Shown: positions 17,618 through 29,736, counted from the first letter of the stretch. The stretch is 64,000 nucleotides of DNA from Candidatus Limnocylindrales bacterium (GCA_038251965.1 JBBSAV010000003.1:2062-66061); one strand, 5' to 3'. Numbers and translations are program-made. Notes: generated by a model not told the origin, from the sequence alone.

Positions 17618-19477
17618 TCACTCGTCATCGAGGAGCAGCCGAGCGGCCTTGACGACCTCCGGCACGGGGAAGGGCTTGCCGCGGACCCGGTTGAGACCAA
17701 CCGCATCGACAAGGTAGCGGCCGCGGATGAGCAACCGCAGCTGGCCGGTGTTGATCTCGGGGATGAGCACGCGGCGGTAGTTCGAGAGCACCGCACCGGT
17801 GTTGCGCGGGAAGGGGTTCAAATGGCGCAGGTGGGCGTGGGCCACTTCATCTCCACCACGCTGCAGCCGCTCGACGGCGGTTCGCAGTGAGCCGTAGGTG
17901 CTGCCCCAGCCGAGGATGAGCAGGTCGCCACGCTCAGGGCCGAAGACCTCCAGGTCGGGGATGTCATCCGCGATGCCCGCGATCTTGCGCGCCCGTAGGT
18001 CGGTCATGCGCTGATGGTTGTCTGGATCGTAGGAGATCTGCCCGGTGACATCGGCGCTCTCCAGGCCGCCGATGCGGTGCTCCATGCCCGGCGTGCCGGG
18101 AATGGCCCAGGGGCGTGCCAGCGTGTCGGGGTCACGGTCGTAGGGCTGGAAGGTGGCGGCGTCAGCGTGGTTGGGCACCGAGATGTCCGGCAGGTCGGTC
18201 GGCTCGGGGATGCGCCAGGGCTCGGAGCCGGTAGCCAGGAAGGCGTCCGACAGATACACCACCGGAGTCATGTATTTGAGCGCCAATCGGCAGGCCTCGA
18301 TGGCGTAGTCGAAGCACTCCGCCGGCGTGGCCGGTGCCACCACCGGCAGGGGCGCATCACCATTGCGGCCGAACATCGCCTGCAGCAGATCGGACTGCTC
18401 GTTCTTGGTGGGCATACCCGTGGACGGGCCGGCGCGCTGGACGTTGACCACCACCAGCGGCAGCTCCACCATCACCGCGAGCCCCATGGCTTCACCTTTC
18501 AGCGCGATGCCCGGGCCCGAGGACGCGGTGAGCGCGAGCGCTCCACCGAAGGATGCACCGATGGCAGAGCCGATGGCCGCGATCTCATCCTCAGCCTGGA
18601 AGGTGCGCACGCCGAAGTGCTTGTAGGTCGAGAGCTGGTGCAGGATCTCGCTGGCGGGTGTGATGGGATAGGAGCCGTAGAAGAGCTCGCGACCCGATAG
18701 CTTGGTGGCCGCCACGAACCCCAACGCCGCGGCCTCGTTGCCGGTGACATTGCGGTAGGTGCCCGACGGCAGTGTTGCCGGCTTGACGCGGTAGCTGGTG
18801 TGGAAGATCTCCGTGGTCTCACCGAAGGCATAGCCAGCCTTCAGCGCACGCAGATTGCCCTCAGCGATGACCGGACGGGCCGCGAACTTCTTCTCGATCC
18901 ACGTGATGGTCGGCTCCATGGAACGCTCGTAGAGCCAGAACATGAGCCCCAGGGCAAAGAAGTTCTTGGACATGTCGACCTGCTTGGTGGACAGGTCCAG
19001 ACCCTCGAGCGCCCGCGCGTTGAGCTTGCCGACCGGGATCTCGAAGACGTTGAAGTCGCTGAGCGATCCGTCCTCGAGTGGGTTGTCACGGTAGCCCGCC
19101 TTGGCCAGATTCTGCTTGGTGAAGGCGTCCTCGTTGACGACGATGGCGCCGCCGGCGGGCATGTCCCCGACGTTGGCGCGAAGCGCCGCGGGGTTCATCG
19201 CCACCAGCACGTCCGGCGAATCTCCGGGCGTATGGATATCTGCCGAGCTGAAGCTGATCTGGAAGCCCGAGACGCCGGCGAGGGAGCCGGCCGGGGCGCG
19301 GATCTCAGCGGGGAAGTCCGGCAGCGTGGCGATGTCATTGCCGAAGACGGCCGCTGTTCGCGTGAATTGTGTGCCCGTGAGCTGCATACCGTCACCCGAG
19401 TCGCCGGCAAAGCGGATCGTGACGCGCTCCAGTTCCTGGATCGGTAGGGTGTGGTGCGGATCTGTTTGGATGGTCAC
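17618..19477 (-). CDS. korA: 2-oxoacid:ferredoxin oxidoreductase, alpha subunit
   Basis: 619 aa. IRFAGDSGDGMQLTG, NEAAALGFVAA, SYPITPASEIL. Paired with korB. Confidence 0.9.
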   Translation of the reverse strand: MTIQTDPHHTLPIQELERVTIRFAGDSGDGMQLTGTQFTRTAAVFGNDIATLPDFPAEIRAPAGSLAGVSGFQISFSSADIHTPGDSPDVLVAMNPAALRANVGDMPAGGAIVVNEDAFTKQNLAKAGYRDNPLEDGSLSDFNVFEIPVGKLNARALEGLDLSTKQVDMSKNFFALGLMFWLYERSMEPTITWIEKKFAARPVIAEGNLRALKAGYAFGETTEIFHTSYRVKPATLPSGTYRNVTGNEAAALGFVAATKLSGRELFYGSYPITPASEILHQLSTYKHFGVRTFQAEDEIAAIGSAIGASFGGALALTASSGPGIALKGEAMGLAVMVELPLVVVNVQRAGPSTGMPTKNEQSDLLQAMFGRNGDAPLPVVAPATPAECFDYAIEACRLALKYMTPVVYLSDAFLATGSEPWRIPEPTDLPDISVPNHADAATFQPYDRDPDTLARPWAIPGTPGMEHRIGGLESADVTGQISYDPDNHQRMTDLRARKIAGIADDIPDLEVFGPERGDLLILGWGSTYGSLRTAVERLQRGGDEVAHAHLRHLNPFPRNTGAVLSNYRRVLIPEINTGQLRLLIRGRYLVDAVGLNRVRGKPFPVPEVVKAARLLLDDE

Positions 19478-19651
19478 GCGGGGAGGGGCTCCTGTTCACG
19501 ACCTCGCCGACGACGCTGTTGGTCGGGTCGAGAGTCAGTGTAACGCCACCGGCCGTTCGGCCCTTGAAGCCATTCCGTGCGGCAATCAACACGTCCGAGC
19601 GTGACCGCTAGCATCGGTGGCGTGACCTCCTTCGGCGCCCCTGGCCAGCGC

Positions 19652-20668
19652 ATGCCCATCACGGGCCAGGCGTTGGGCATCATCCTGGTGCTGGTCTCGG
19701 CGGCCGGCTTCGGCTCTGGCGCGCTGTTCGTGCAGCCGCTCTATGACGCCGGGATGGGGCCGCTGACGGTGATGTTCTGGCGCTTCGGCATCGCGGCGCT
19801 GTTCGGTTGGGGCTTCTTGTTGCTGTCGTCCGGGCGTCGGCGGTCGCTGCGCTCGCTACCACGGCGACGCGTGGCGGTGTTGCTGCTCCTGGGGGCCCTC
19901 TATGTGGGCAACAGCTATGCCTTCTTCGCGGCGCTGCAGGTCGTGCCCATCGCCCTGACCTCGATCATCACCTACCTCTATCCAGCGATGGTGGCAGTGA
20001 TGGCGACTCGCTTCGTCCGCCGCCTGGAGGGTCGCCGGGCATGGCTGGCGCTGGTCATCTCGCTCGTCGGCGTAGCGCTCACGCTTGGCGGCATCCCGGC
20101 CGGAGAGCTGCCACCACTGTGGGGCCTGGCGCTGGCCTTCGCCAACGGCTTGATCTATGCCATCTGGATCGTGCTGCAGGCACGACTGGCAGGCGAGCGA
20201 CCCGATCGCCATCATGCCGGTCCGACCATCGATATCCCACCTGGTGACGCCGAGATGGCGGCACCGGAGCTGCCGACGCCCGAGGTGCCGGCAGCCCCCG
20301 ACCCCTCCCCCGCGGCGGCGCTGATGACGACCGCCACGGCCATGGTCTACGCGCTGCTGCTGCTGGCGAGCGGCGGGTCGGTCTCGCCGATCGACATCCC
20401 CGCCGGATCGTGGCTGCCCCTCCTGGGCCTGGGCCTGCTGTCCACCGCCATCGCCATCCAGGCGTTCTACGCCGGCGTACGTCGTGTCGGTGGTGCCCGC
20501 GCGGCACTGATCAGCACGGTCGAACCGGTCTACACGGTGGTACTGGCGATGATCCTCTTCGGCGAGCGCCTCACCGCCATGCAGCTGCTCGGCGGCGCGT
20601 TGGTCATCGGTGCGGTCATCCTGGCCGAGACCGGGCGACCCGATACAGTAGCCACGACCACCGACTGA
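19652..20668 (+). CDS. DMT-superfamily (EamA-like) transporter
   Basis: Two EamA-type hydrophobic halves separated by a Pro-rich ~50-aa loop (GERPDRHHAGPTIDIPPGDAEMAAPELPTPEVPAAPDPSP). An upstream start at 19577 is possible. Confidence 0.75.
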   Translation: MPITGQALGIILVLVSAAGFGSGALFVQPLYDAGMGPLTVMFWRFGIAALFGWGFLLLSSGRRRSLRSLPRRRVAVLLLLGALYVGNSYAFFAALQVVPIALTSIITYLYPAMVAVMATRFVRRLEGRRAWLALVISLVGVALTLGGIPAGELPPLWGLALAFANGLIYAIWIVLQARLAGERPDRHHAGPTIDIPPGDAEMAAPELPTPEVPAAPDPSPAAALMTTATAMVYALLLLASGGSVSPIDIPAGSWLPLLGLGLLSTAIAIQAFYAGVRRVGGARAALISTVEPVYTVVLAMILFGERLTAMQLLGGALVIGAVILAETGRPDTVATTTD

Positions 20669-20710
20669 CAGCCACCGACAGCCACCGACACCATTGCAGG
20701 AGCCCCACCC

Positions 20711-21589
20711 ATGCGTCTCGTCTCATACCTCGATGCGGCCGGCGACCCCCAAGCGGTCGAGAACGCCGACCGCCACATCTGGTCGAGCCACACACTGGGT
20801 GCCGGCGTCGCCGTATCGATGGACGAGCTCTTGCATGGCGGCGAGGCCGCGCTGACGGCGTTGCGCTCTGCCGCCCGTTCCGCGACCATCGACGGACGCC
20901 CCGGCGACGTCGATCCCGCTCGACGCATCTCACCACTGCCACGCCCGGGCAAGATCGTGGCCATCGGCCTCAACTACCACGACCACGCTGCCGAGCTGGG
21001 GGTCGAGATCCCAGCGCTGCCGCTGATGTTCGCCAAGTTCCCCACCTCGGTCATCGGCGACGGCGCCACGGTCGAATGGGACCCCCGCCTGACCGACGCG
21101 GTCGACCTGGAGGTGGAGCTGGCCATCGTCATCGGACGTCGAGCGCGCCGGGTGAGTGAGGAGGAGGCGCGCAGGTACATCCTCGGCTACACCTGCCTCA
21201 ACGATGTCAGCGCACGCGACCTGCAGTTCAGCGACGGCCAGTTCGTGCGCTCCAAGTCGCTCGACACCTTCTGCCCCATCGGCCCCGCCATCGTCACACC
21301 TGACGAAGTCGGCGATCCGGGCAACCTCGCGGTCCGCAGCTACCGCAATGGCGAGATCATGCAGGATTCGAACACCTCCAACCTCATCTTCTCCGTGCCC
21401 TACCTGATTTCCTTCTGCTCGCAGGCGTTCACGCTGGAGCCCGGTGACATCATCGCCACCGGCACACCGGGCGGCATCGGCTACTCCCGTGATCCGCGGA
21501 TCCTGATGCACGAGGGTGACGTCATGACCGTCGAGGTCGAAGGCATCGGGCGCCTGTCAAATCCCTGTCACGAGGTCCGCGCCGGCTGA
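20711..21589 (+). CDS. Fumarylacetoacetate hydrolase (FAH) family protein
   Basis: GKIVAIGLNYHDHAAE, PLMFAKFPTSVIG, VDLEVELAIVIGR, GDIIATGTPGGIG. Confidence 0.88.
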   Translation: MRLVSYLDAAGDPQAVENADRHIWSSHTLGAGVAVSMDELLHGGEAALTALRSAARSATIDGRPGDVDPARRISPLPRPGKIVAIGLNYHDHAAELGVEIPALPLMFAKFPTSVIGDGATVEWDPRLTDAVDLEVELAIVIGRRARRVSEEEARRYILGYTCLNDVSARDLQFSDGQFVRSKSLDTFCPIGPAIVTPDEVGDPGNLAVRSYRNGEIMQDSNTSNLIFSVPYLISFCSQAFTLEPGDIIATGTPGGIGYSRDPRILMHEGDVMTVEVEGIGRLSNPCHEVRAG

Positions 21590-21602
21590 ACCCGCTCCTC
21601 GG

Positions 21603-22904
<1,302 letters not shown>

Positions 22905-22929
22905 ACGGGCAGCGAGTCTGACTGCGCGA

Positions 22930-23658
22930 CTAGTAGCGCCGGCCGCGCAGTTTGTCGAGGTCGAAGCGGGCGGTGTCAGCGATGGCCATCACCGCCATCG
23001 TCCCGGCCTGCACGGGGTCGCTGACGACGAGGTCCGCCTCTGCGGCGACCGATCCGGCCATCGACAGCGAGACCACCGGGATACCGCGATCGCGCAGTTC
23101 GCGCACGGCCTTGGTGATCTCACCACCCATGAGTGAGCCGGCCAGCACCAGGATGTGCGCGCGTGGCAGGTCGGCCACGGCACGGACGGCGGCGGCGATC
23201 TCCTTCTCGCCCACGAGCGCCATGGTGTCGACCGAGATGCGCTCGCCCCGAAGGTTGTGGCGGTCGCTCTCCGATACGGCGCCCAACGCCACCTGCGCCA
23301 CCTGCGCGCCTCCGCCGATGACGATGACGCGCTTGCCGAAGATCTGGCCGAGCGTGGGTCGGGCATCGGCGGCGGACACACCCGGGACCGTCAGTGCGGC
23401 CCGGGTGGCCTCGATCGGCCCAAGGTCGCGCAGCTCGATGTCAAAGACGCGCGTGACCTCGTCGCCCTCGCCCTTCTTGGTGGCGGGGAATGAGTTGATG
23501 GTGACCACGTCCGCGCCGGCGTCACGCAGGCGCAACAGGATCTCGGTCAGGTCGGCGTCGTCAGTTGCGCGCACCTCGATGGCCGATAGGACGCTGCCGC
23601 CACTGGGGATGGAGAGATCGGGGATGTCCTGGTCGCGGGTATCGTCGTGCGTGCTCAT
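22930..23658 (-). CDS. Two-domain hypothetical protein (ACT-like N-terminal half, nucleotide-binding-like C-terminal half)
   Basis: ATG at 23658. [35 protein letters not shown], then [21 protein letters not shown]. 25 nt upstream of the aminotransferase and divergent from argC. Confidence 0.5.
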   Translation of the reverse strand: MSTHDDTRDQDIPDLSIPSGGSVLSAIEVRATDDADLTEILLRLRDAGADVVTINSFPATKKGEGDEVTRVFDIELRDLGPIEATRAALTVPGVSAADARPTLGQIFGKRVIVIGGGAQVAQVALGAVSESDRHNLRGERISVDTMALVGEKEIAAAVRAVADLPRAHILVLAGSLMGGEITKAVRELRDRGIPVVSLSMAGSVAAEADLVVSDPVQAGTMAVMAIADTARFDLDKLRGRRY

Positions 23659-23663
23659 AGGTA

Positions 23664-23803
23664 GCGCAACTATCGCATAGCGGGCGCCGTGGCTCCGTGC
23701 CACGTGGGGCGAACTCGCGGCCGCGGGCGATGGGCACGTCCGCAGCGCGCCGCTGGCCCGGCCAAAGCGTTCATCTGACCCTCGACCGCGCTGCAATGTA
23801 TCG
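23664..23803 (+). promoter_or_regulatory. argC upstream region with candidate ARG-box-like motifs and a -10-like element
   Basis: gcgcaactatcgcatag (23664-23680) and tgcaatgtatcg (23792-23803) resemble motifs upstream of argG and argR. tatcgt (23799-23804) lies 9 nt before the ATG. Confidence 0.35.
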
Positions 23804-23813
23804 TCTGTCGACC

Positions 23814-24911
23814 ATGACCCAGACGACAGACCGGGCCTCCGCCAGCCCTTCTCTCGGCGGCCGCGCCACCATCCGCGTGGGCATCATCGGAGCCGCCGGC
23901 ATCGCCGGTGGCGAACTCGTTCGGCTGCTCGAGCGCCATCCGGCTGTGCACATCGCTGGCCTGCAGGGCCGAGACCGGGACGGCCAGCCCATCGGCGCCA
24001 CGCAGCCACAGTTGGCCCGCACCGGTCATGTCATCGAGTCGACCCTGCCCCAGGTGGATGCCGTCTTCCTGGCCCTGCCCCATGGCGCCTCGGCGGCGCT
24101 AGTGCCCGACCTCATCGAACAGGGCATCGCAGTCATCGACCTGGGATCGGACTACCGACTCAAGGACCCTGCCGACTACGAGCGCTGGTATGACTACACG
24201 CACCCCTTCCCTGAGCTGCTAGCCACGGCCGTGTATGGCCTGCCCGAGCAGCATCGCGACGAGCTGCTGGCGTTGCAGGGGGCCGACGCCATCGTAGTCG
24301 CCTCACCCGGCTGCTATCCCACCACCGCGCTCTTGGGCCTCTATCCATTGGCGCGCGCCGGCCTCATCGAGGATGTCGTGGTCGACGCCAAGAGCGGCGT
24401 CTCAGGCGCCGGTCGCTCGGTCAAGGCCGACCTGATGTACGTGGAGATCAACGACTCGGTGAAGGCGTACGGGGTCGGCGGGCACCGCCACACCTCGGAG
24501 CTGATCCAGGAGATCCGCGACGCCGGTGCGACCCCTGAGGCCAACCCTGGCGCTGCCACGGTCGGCTTCCTGCCGCACCTGGTGCCCATGAACCGCGGCA
24601 TCCTCGCCTCGGGCCACGTGCGGCCGACGCGGATGATCAGCGCGGATGAGCTGCGCCGGCTCTATGAGGGGGCCTACGCCGACGAGTACTTCGTCGAGGT
24701 GGTGGACACGCCGCCGGCGACAGCGCACGTGCGCGGCTCCAACTTCGTGCGCGTCTTCGCCCACCTCGATGAGCGTACCGGCCGCATCACCACGGTGTCG
24801 GTCGCGGACAACCTGGTGAAGGGCGCCGCGGGCCAGGCCGTGCAAGCCTTCAACCTCGTCTTCGGCCTGCCGGAGTGGACCGGACTGCAGCAACTCCCGC
24901 TCGTCCCGTGA
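23814..24911 (+). CDS. argC: N-acetyl-gamma-glutamyl-phosphate reductase
   Basis: [27 protein letters not shown] active-site Cys, AKSGVSGAG. Confidence 0.92.
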   Translation: MTQTTDRASASPSLGGRATIRVGIIGAAGIAGGELVRLLERHPAVHIAGLQGRDRDGQPIGATQPQLARTGHVIESTLPQVDAVFLALPHGASAALVPDLIEQGIAVIDLGSDYRLKDPADYERWYDYTHPFPELLATAVYGLPEQHRDELLALQGADAIVVASPGCYPTTALLGLYPLARAGLIEDVVVDAKSGVSGAGRSVKADLMYVEINDSVKAYGVGGHRHTSELIQEIRDAGATPEANPGAATVGFLPHLVPMNRGILASGHVRPTRMISADELRRLYEGAYADEYFVEVVDTPPATAHVRGSNFVRVFAHLDERTGRITTVSVADNLVKGAAGQAVQAFNLVFGLPEWTGLQQLPLVP

Positions 24912-26263
24912 GGCCGCTCGCTCCGCTGCCCTCGGACCTACCTTCGGCGGAACGCGCCGCGCGCCTGCCCCGAGGGTTCCTGGCCTCCGGCACAAGCGCC
25001 GGTGTCAAGGCCTCCGGTGCCCCGGACCTGGCGCTGCTGGTGGTCGAGGATGGACCTGCCGCAGTGGCCGCCACCTTCACCACCAACCGCCTGCCGGCGG
25101 CATCGGTGCGCATGAACCAGGAGCACTTGGCGGCCACCGAGCCGGCGGGCGCGGGACGCTATGGCTGGGCGGGCGCCATGATCGCCACCAGCGGGTGTGC
25201 CAACGCGGCCACCGGTGCCGCCGGCCTGGCCGATCAACGCAGCCTCGCCGCGACCCTGGCGGAGACCGTCGGCACCACCACCGAGCGGGTGTTGGCGATG
25301 TCCACCGGGCTCATCGGCACACGCCTGCCGGTGCAGCGGATCGCGACCGCCGTGAGCACCGTCGTGGCCGCCGGTTTGGGGCGCGATGACGCCGCCTTCG
25401 CCGACATCGCCGAGGCGCTGCGCACGACCGATTCACGCGCCAAGATGGCCGCTATCCGCTTGCAGCTGCCTTCCGCCGAGGGCTCGCCCGTGGAGGTCAC
25501 CATCAGCGGCGTGGCCAAGGGTGTGGGCATGATCCATCCCAACATGGCCACCATGCTCTGCTTCGTGCTCACCGATGCGACTGCTACGCCCGCGACCCTG
25601 CACGCGCTGTTGCGGCCGATCGTGGCACGCACCTGGAATGCGATGAGCGTCGATGGCGACCAGTCCACCAACGACACCGTGTTGCTGGCTGCGTCGGGGG
25701 CGGCCGGTGCGGCCCCGTTGGAAGCTGATCCGGATGCGGCCGCCACGTTCGCCCGGGGCCTGGAGGCCGTGGCGCGATCGCTGGCCCGCCAGCAGGCCGC
25801 CGACGGCGAGGGTGCCGCCACGCTCATCACCTGTGGCGTCAGCGGCGCTCGCGACACGGCCGCCGCGCGCGCCGCTGCTCGTGCCGTCGTCAGCAGTGAC
25901 CTGGTCAAGGCCGCGGTCCACGGCGCTGACCCCAACTGGGGCCGCATCGCCATGGCCGTGGGCAACGCCGTCACGCCGTCGGCGGCCGTGCTCGAGGCCG
26001 CGGGGCTCGATGCCGACTCGGCGCGGGCACGTGCCGGACAGGCGGTGGAAGTCGACCCCGACCGCCTGCGGATCGACATCGAAAGCACGCCCGTCTTCGC
26101 CGGTCTCCCGGTCGACTTCGACCCGGCCGACTTGAGTGCGCGGATGCGTGGCTCTGAGGTGCTCATCCGGGTGGACCTGGGTGTCGGCGACGCTTCCGGC
26201 GAGGCCTACGGTTGCGACCTCACCGAGCAGTACGTCATCGAGAACTCGGCCTACTCCACGTGA
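24908..26263 (+). CDS. argJ: Bifunctional glutamate N-acetyltransferase / amino-acid acetyltransferase
   Basis: PRGFLASGTSAGVKA and autoprocessing site HPNMATMLCFVLTDA. The GTG start overlaps the argC stop (GTGA). Confidence 0.92.
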   Translation: MRPLAPLPSDLPSAERAARLPRGFLASGTSAGVKASGAPDLALLVVEDGPAAVAATFTTNRLPAASVRMNQEHLAATEPAGAGRYGWAGAMIATSGCANAATGAAGLADQRSLAATLAETVGTTTERVLAMSTGLIGTRLPVQRIATAVSTVVAAGLGRDDAAFADIAEALRTTDSRAKMAAIRLQLPSAEGSPVEVTISGVAKGVGMIHPNMATMLCFVLTDATATPATLHALLRPIVARTWNAMSVDGDQSTNDTVLLAASGAAGAAPLEADPDAAATFARGLEAVARSLARQQAADGEGAATLITCGVSGARDTAAARAAARAVVSSDLVKAAVHGADPNWGRIAMAVGNAVTPSAAVLEAAGLDADSARARAGQAVEVDPDRLRIDIESTPVFAGLPVDFDPADLSARMRGSEVLIRVDLGVGDASGEAYGCDLTEQYVIENSAYST

Positions 26264-27033
26264 GCGGGCTGCCGGTCGTCGTCAAGCTCGGTGGCACCAC
26301 CATCGCCGAGCAGCAGGACGTGCTGCGGGAGATCGTCGCTGAGCGCCGCGGGCGGCCCGTGGTCATCGTCCACGGCGGCGGCAAGCGCCTCACCGACTGG
26401 CTGCTGCGCCTGGGCGTGGAGAGCCGCTGGGATGCTGGCCGACGGGTCACCGACGAAGCCACGCTCGAGGTGTTCCTGGCCGTCATCAGTGGCGTCATCA
26501 ATGCGGAGCTGACCGCGGCCCTGCTGGAGTTGGGCGCGGAGGCGGTCGGGGTCCGTGGCATCGACCGCGGCATGATCCGGGGACCACGCGCCGAGGGACT
26601 CGATCGCGTCATCAGCGAGCCGGTCGCCGATGCGGCGCTGCTGGAGACCCTCCTCCGGGCCGGTTACCTGCCGGTGCTGTCGCCGATGGGCCTAGATCCC
26701 GACGGGCGCATCTGCAACGTCAACGCCGACGATGCGGCTGCTGCGGTCAGTGCTGCCCTGGGCGGTGAGTTGCTGCTGCTGACCGACACCGACGGCGTCC
26801 GTGACGCTGATGGCGAACGCATCCCCGAGCTGACGCCGGATCAAGTCGCGCGCCTCATCGATGACGGTGTCATCGCCGGGGGCATGGTGCCCAAGGTGAG
26901 CTCGGCATTGCGGGCCATCGGTCCCGGGTCACGCGCAGAGCGGTCGGTCATCGCCGATGGCCGCACGGCCGATGCGCTGCGGCGTGCGCTGCACGAGGGC
27001 GCCGGGACAGGCTTCCGCCCTATGGAGCGCTGA
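26260..27033 (+). CDS. argB: Acetylglutamate kinase
   Basis: VVVKLGGTTI, VVIVHGGG, NVNADDAA. The GTG start overlaps the argJ stop (GTGA). Confidence 0.92.
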   Translation: MSGLPVVVKLGGTTIAEQQDVLREIVAERRGRPVVIVHGGGKRLTDWLLRLGVESRWDAGRRVTDEATLEVFLAVISGVINAELTAALLELGAEAVGVRGIDRGMIRGPRAEGLDRVISEPVADAALLETLLRAGYLPVLSPMGLDPDGRICNVNADDAAAAVSAALGGELLLLTDTDGVRDADGERIPELTPDQVARLIDDGVIAGGMVPKVSSALRAIGPGSRAERSVIADGRTADALRRALHEGAGTGFRPMER

Positions 27034-27059
27034 TCCTCGAAGAGCGAGTCGTCGGGGCC

Positions 27060-29537
27060 CTATGCGCCACCCGGCTCGGGTCTGAGGAACCCGCGCGCCG
27101 CGGGGGGCAGGAATATGGCGCGGCGCTCAGCCGAGATGTCGTCGAGGTCGCCGCTCCCCTCGGAAGCCGCCGGCTCGACCGAGGTCGCCCCAGGTGCGAT
27201 GTGCGCGGGCACTACCAGCCCACTGGCGAGCTGCCGCACATCGACGAACGTCTTGGCCACCGATACCTCCGGGCGTCCCAGCAGGAATCCCTGGCCGGCG
27301 CCGATGTCAAGCTCACGGATGACCCGCAGCTGCTGTACCGTCTCGACGCCCTCGGCCACGATGCGCGCATCCTGGCTCAAGGCGAGGTCGCGCAGCGACT
27401 GCAGCACCGCACGCGAGCCCAGCCGGCGCACGCCATCCTGCACCAGCGACAGGTCGATCTTGACGATGTCGAATTGCACCTGCGAGAGCAAGCGCAGCCC
27501 GGCATTGCCGGCGCCCACGTCGTCAGCCGCGAGGCGCAGGCCGTACTGCTGCAGGGTCGCGAACGTTCGACGCAGACGTACCAGGTCATCGACCTCTTCG
27601 CGCTCGGTCAGCTCGATGATCACACGGCTCGGTGAGATGCCATTGCGCACCAGGCTCTTCAGCAGCCAGGCGGCATCGAAGTCCTTGACTTCGAGGGTGC
27701 GCGGCGACAGGTTGAGGGTGAGCAGCCGGTCAGGCCCGATGGCTCGGGCGCCATTCACGACCACCTCGATGCAGGCCAGGTCCAGCTCGACGGTGCGCCC
27801 TGAAGCCGCGGCTGCCGCGAACAGTCGTTCGGTGTTTGGCAGCGGCCCGTTCGGATCGGGTCGGATCAGACCTTCAAAGCCGAGGATGCGGCCGCTACGC
27901 AGGTCCACGATGGGTTGGAAGACGGGACTCAGCAGCTTGCCGGTGATGACCTCGGCCACGGCATTGCCGGTGACCGCGTTGTATTCGTCGGGCAGGTGGT
28001 CACGGTCGGCGTCGAAGACCTCGATCAAGCCGCGCCCGTGGCGCTTGGCCCAGTACAGTGCCGCGTCGGCCTGCTGGTAGACGAGACCGCCGTGGCGCGT
28101 GAACCACGGCACACCGGAGATTCCGCCGGAGAAGGCACAGGAGCGGGCGCCCTCATGGGGACGCTTGCAGAAATGCAGGATCCGCTCTGCCACGCCGGTG
28201 GCGTCCTCGATGTCCGCACCCGGAAGCAGCATCGCGAACTCGTCTCCGCCGGTTCGGAAGAGCAGGTCGTTGTCCCGCCCCTGTTCACGCATGGTTCGAG
28301 CCATCAAACGCAGCGTCTCATCGCCCGCAGCGTGGCCCTCTCGGTCATTCACGACCTTGAGGTCATCAAGGTCGAGCAGCACCACGCTGAAGGCTGTGCC
28401 ACGTTCGTCGAACGCACTGATCTGGCGTGCCAGCTCCTCCTGGAAGGCGCGGTGGTTCCCCAGGCCGGTCAGCCCGTCCGCCAGCGCGTCCTCGCGAGCC
28501 TCGTGATACAGCACCTGCAGCTCCGTGCGCGAATCGGCCAGCTCCTCGAAGGGGTTGAGAAAGTAGCGGGCGAGCAAGACGACCGCCAGGATGGCGCTCG
28601 CGAGAAGGATGACGAACGCGAGGCGTAGCTGGGACGGGATCGGCACCGAGGGGCTCGGCCACACCTGCAGCAGGGCCATGCGCGACCCGTCCCCATTGCC
28701 CCACAGAGGCAGCAGCGAGGGAGCCAATCCCATGGCTGCCAGCTGGTGTCCGGTCTCGGCGTCGCCCGCCACGATGCCCCCGACATGGCGTGTGAGTGAC
28801 TCAAGATGGCGTTCGGCGCCAGCGGCCGGGTCCGCCGTCATCGGCGATCTCGCGATGACCTCTGATGAACCCATGTCCACGATCATCGAGGCGACCGCAT
28901 CGGCCGACGACGAGCGGCCCCGGTCGAACAGTGCCGGGACGTCCACCTCCACCGAGAGGACGCCGCCGTCACGCCCGCTCACCGAACGCAACGGAGCCGC
29001 GAGCAGTAATCGGCCCCCGTCACTCCTGGCGTGCGTGACCGTATCGGCCGTGGCCGAGAGGGCCTGACCGCGCAACAGGGCATCGGCGCAAGCGTCGAAC
29101 CGTTCGGCTCCGCGATCGCTGCCAAGCGGGATACTCCGACCGTCCCCGGAGCGCACGATGCAGGCACCCGAGACGACCGCGCCGTCGCTGCCACGCAGCC
29201 CTTCGAGCACACGCGCCGCGGTTTGGCGCTCTGACGCACCGCGAACACCATCGGCAAGCGTGCCCATGGCGGTGTTGCCGGCAGCGACCAGCAGTCGGCT
29301 CTCGATGGCCTGTTCGGTCGCGAGCAGGCCCGCGGCGGCTTCCGACGTCTGGTGGGCACGTTCGAGCTGGGGCACCGGCTCAACCTGGCCCAACAGTGAT
29401 GCCGTCAGGTAGATACCCGCCGCCGTCGGCACCAGGGCGAGGGCGAGCATCGCCCCCCAAAGACGCCAGCGAACGGACCTGGGCGCCTCGATAGGACGCC
29501 AACGAAGAGCGACGCGCTCGGGATATGAGGTGGACAT
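27060..29537 (-). CDS. Membrane-anchored GGDEF-EAL (c-di-GMP turnover) signalling protein with a large N-terminal sensor region
   Basis: ATG at 29537 preceded by aagggagag. GGDEF motif with an RxxD I-site (GRDNDLLFRTGGDEFAML). EAL domain has FEGLIRP, plus DDVGAG and KIDLSLV. Confidence 0.9.
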   Translation of the reverse strand: MSTSYPERVALRWRPIEAPRSVRWRLWGAMLALALVPTAAGIYLTASLLGQVEPVPQLERAHQTSEAAAGLLATEQAIESRLLVAAGNTAMGTLADGVRGASERQTAARVLEGLRGSDGAVVSGACIVRSGDGRSIPLGSDRGAERFDACADALLRGQALSATADTVTHARSDGGRLLLAAPLRSVSGRDGGVLSVEVDVPALFDRGRSSSADAVASMIVDMGSSEVIARSPMTADPAAGAERHLESLTRHVGGIVAGDAETGHQLAAMGLAPSLLPLWGNGDGSRMALLQVWPSPSVPIPSQLRLAFVILLASAILAVVLLARYFLNPFEELADSRTELQVLYHEAREDALADGLTGLGNHRAFQEELARQISAFDERGTAFSVVLLDLDDLKVVNDREGHAAGDETLRLMARTMREQGRDNDLLFRTGGDEFAMLLPGADIEDATGVAERILHFCKRPHEGARSCAFSGGISGVPWFTRHGGLVYQQADAALYWAKRHGRGLIEVFDADRDHLPDEYNAVTGNAVAEVITGKLLSPVFQPIVDLRSGRILGFEGLIRPDPNGPLPNTERLFAAAAASGRTVELDLACIEVVVNGARAIGPDRLLTLNLSPRTLEVKDFDAAWLLKSLVRNGISPSRVIIELTEREEVDDLVRLRRTFATLQQYGLRLAADDVGAGNAGLRLLSQVQFDIVKIDLSLVQDGVRRLGSRAVLQSLRDLALSQDARIVAEGVETVQQLRVIRELDIGAGQGFLLGRPEVSVAKTFVDVRQLASGLVVPAHIAPGATSVEPAASEGSGDLDDISAERRAIFLPPAARGFLRPEPGGA

Positions 29538-29736
29538 GGACTCTCCCTTTCGGGCCGGGCGCTCAGTCAAGCCCCTGGCTCGAAGGTCCGGTAGTGACCC
29601 GAAACGACTAGCCTGCGACAGGACCGTGCACCGACGCACCGGCCGTATCCGGTGCCCCCTGCCACCACCGCTCGCCCACACTCCACCGGAGCCGACCCGG
29701 AGCGCCCTACGTATCGCCTGCTCGCGGTGCATGTAC

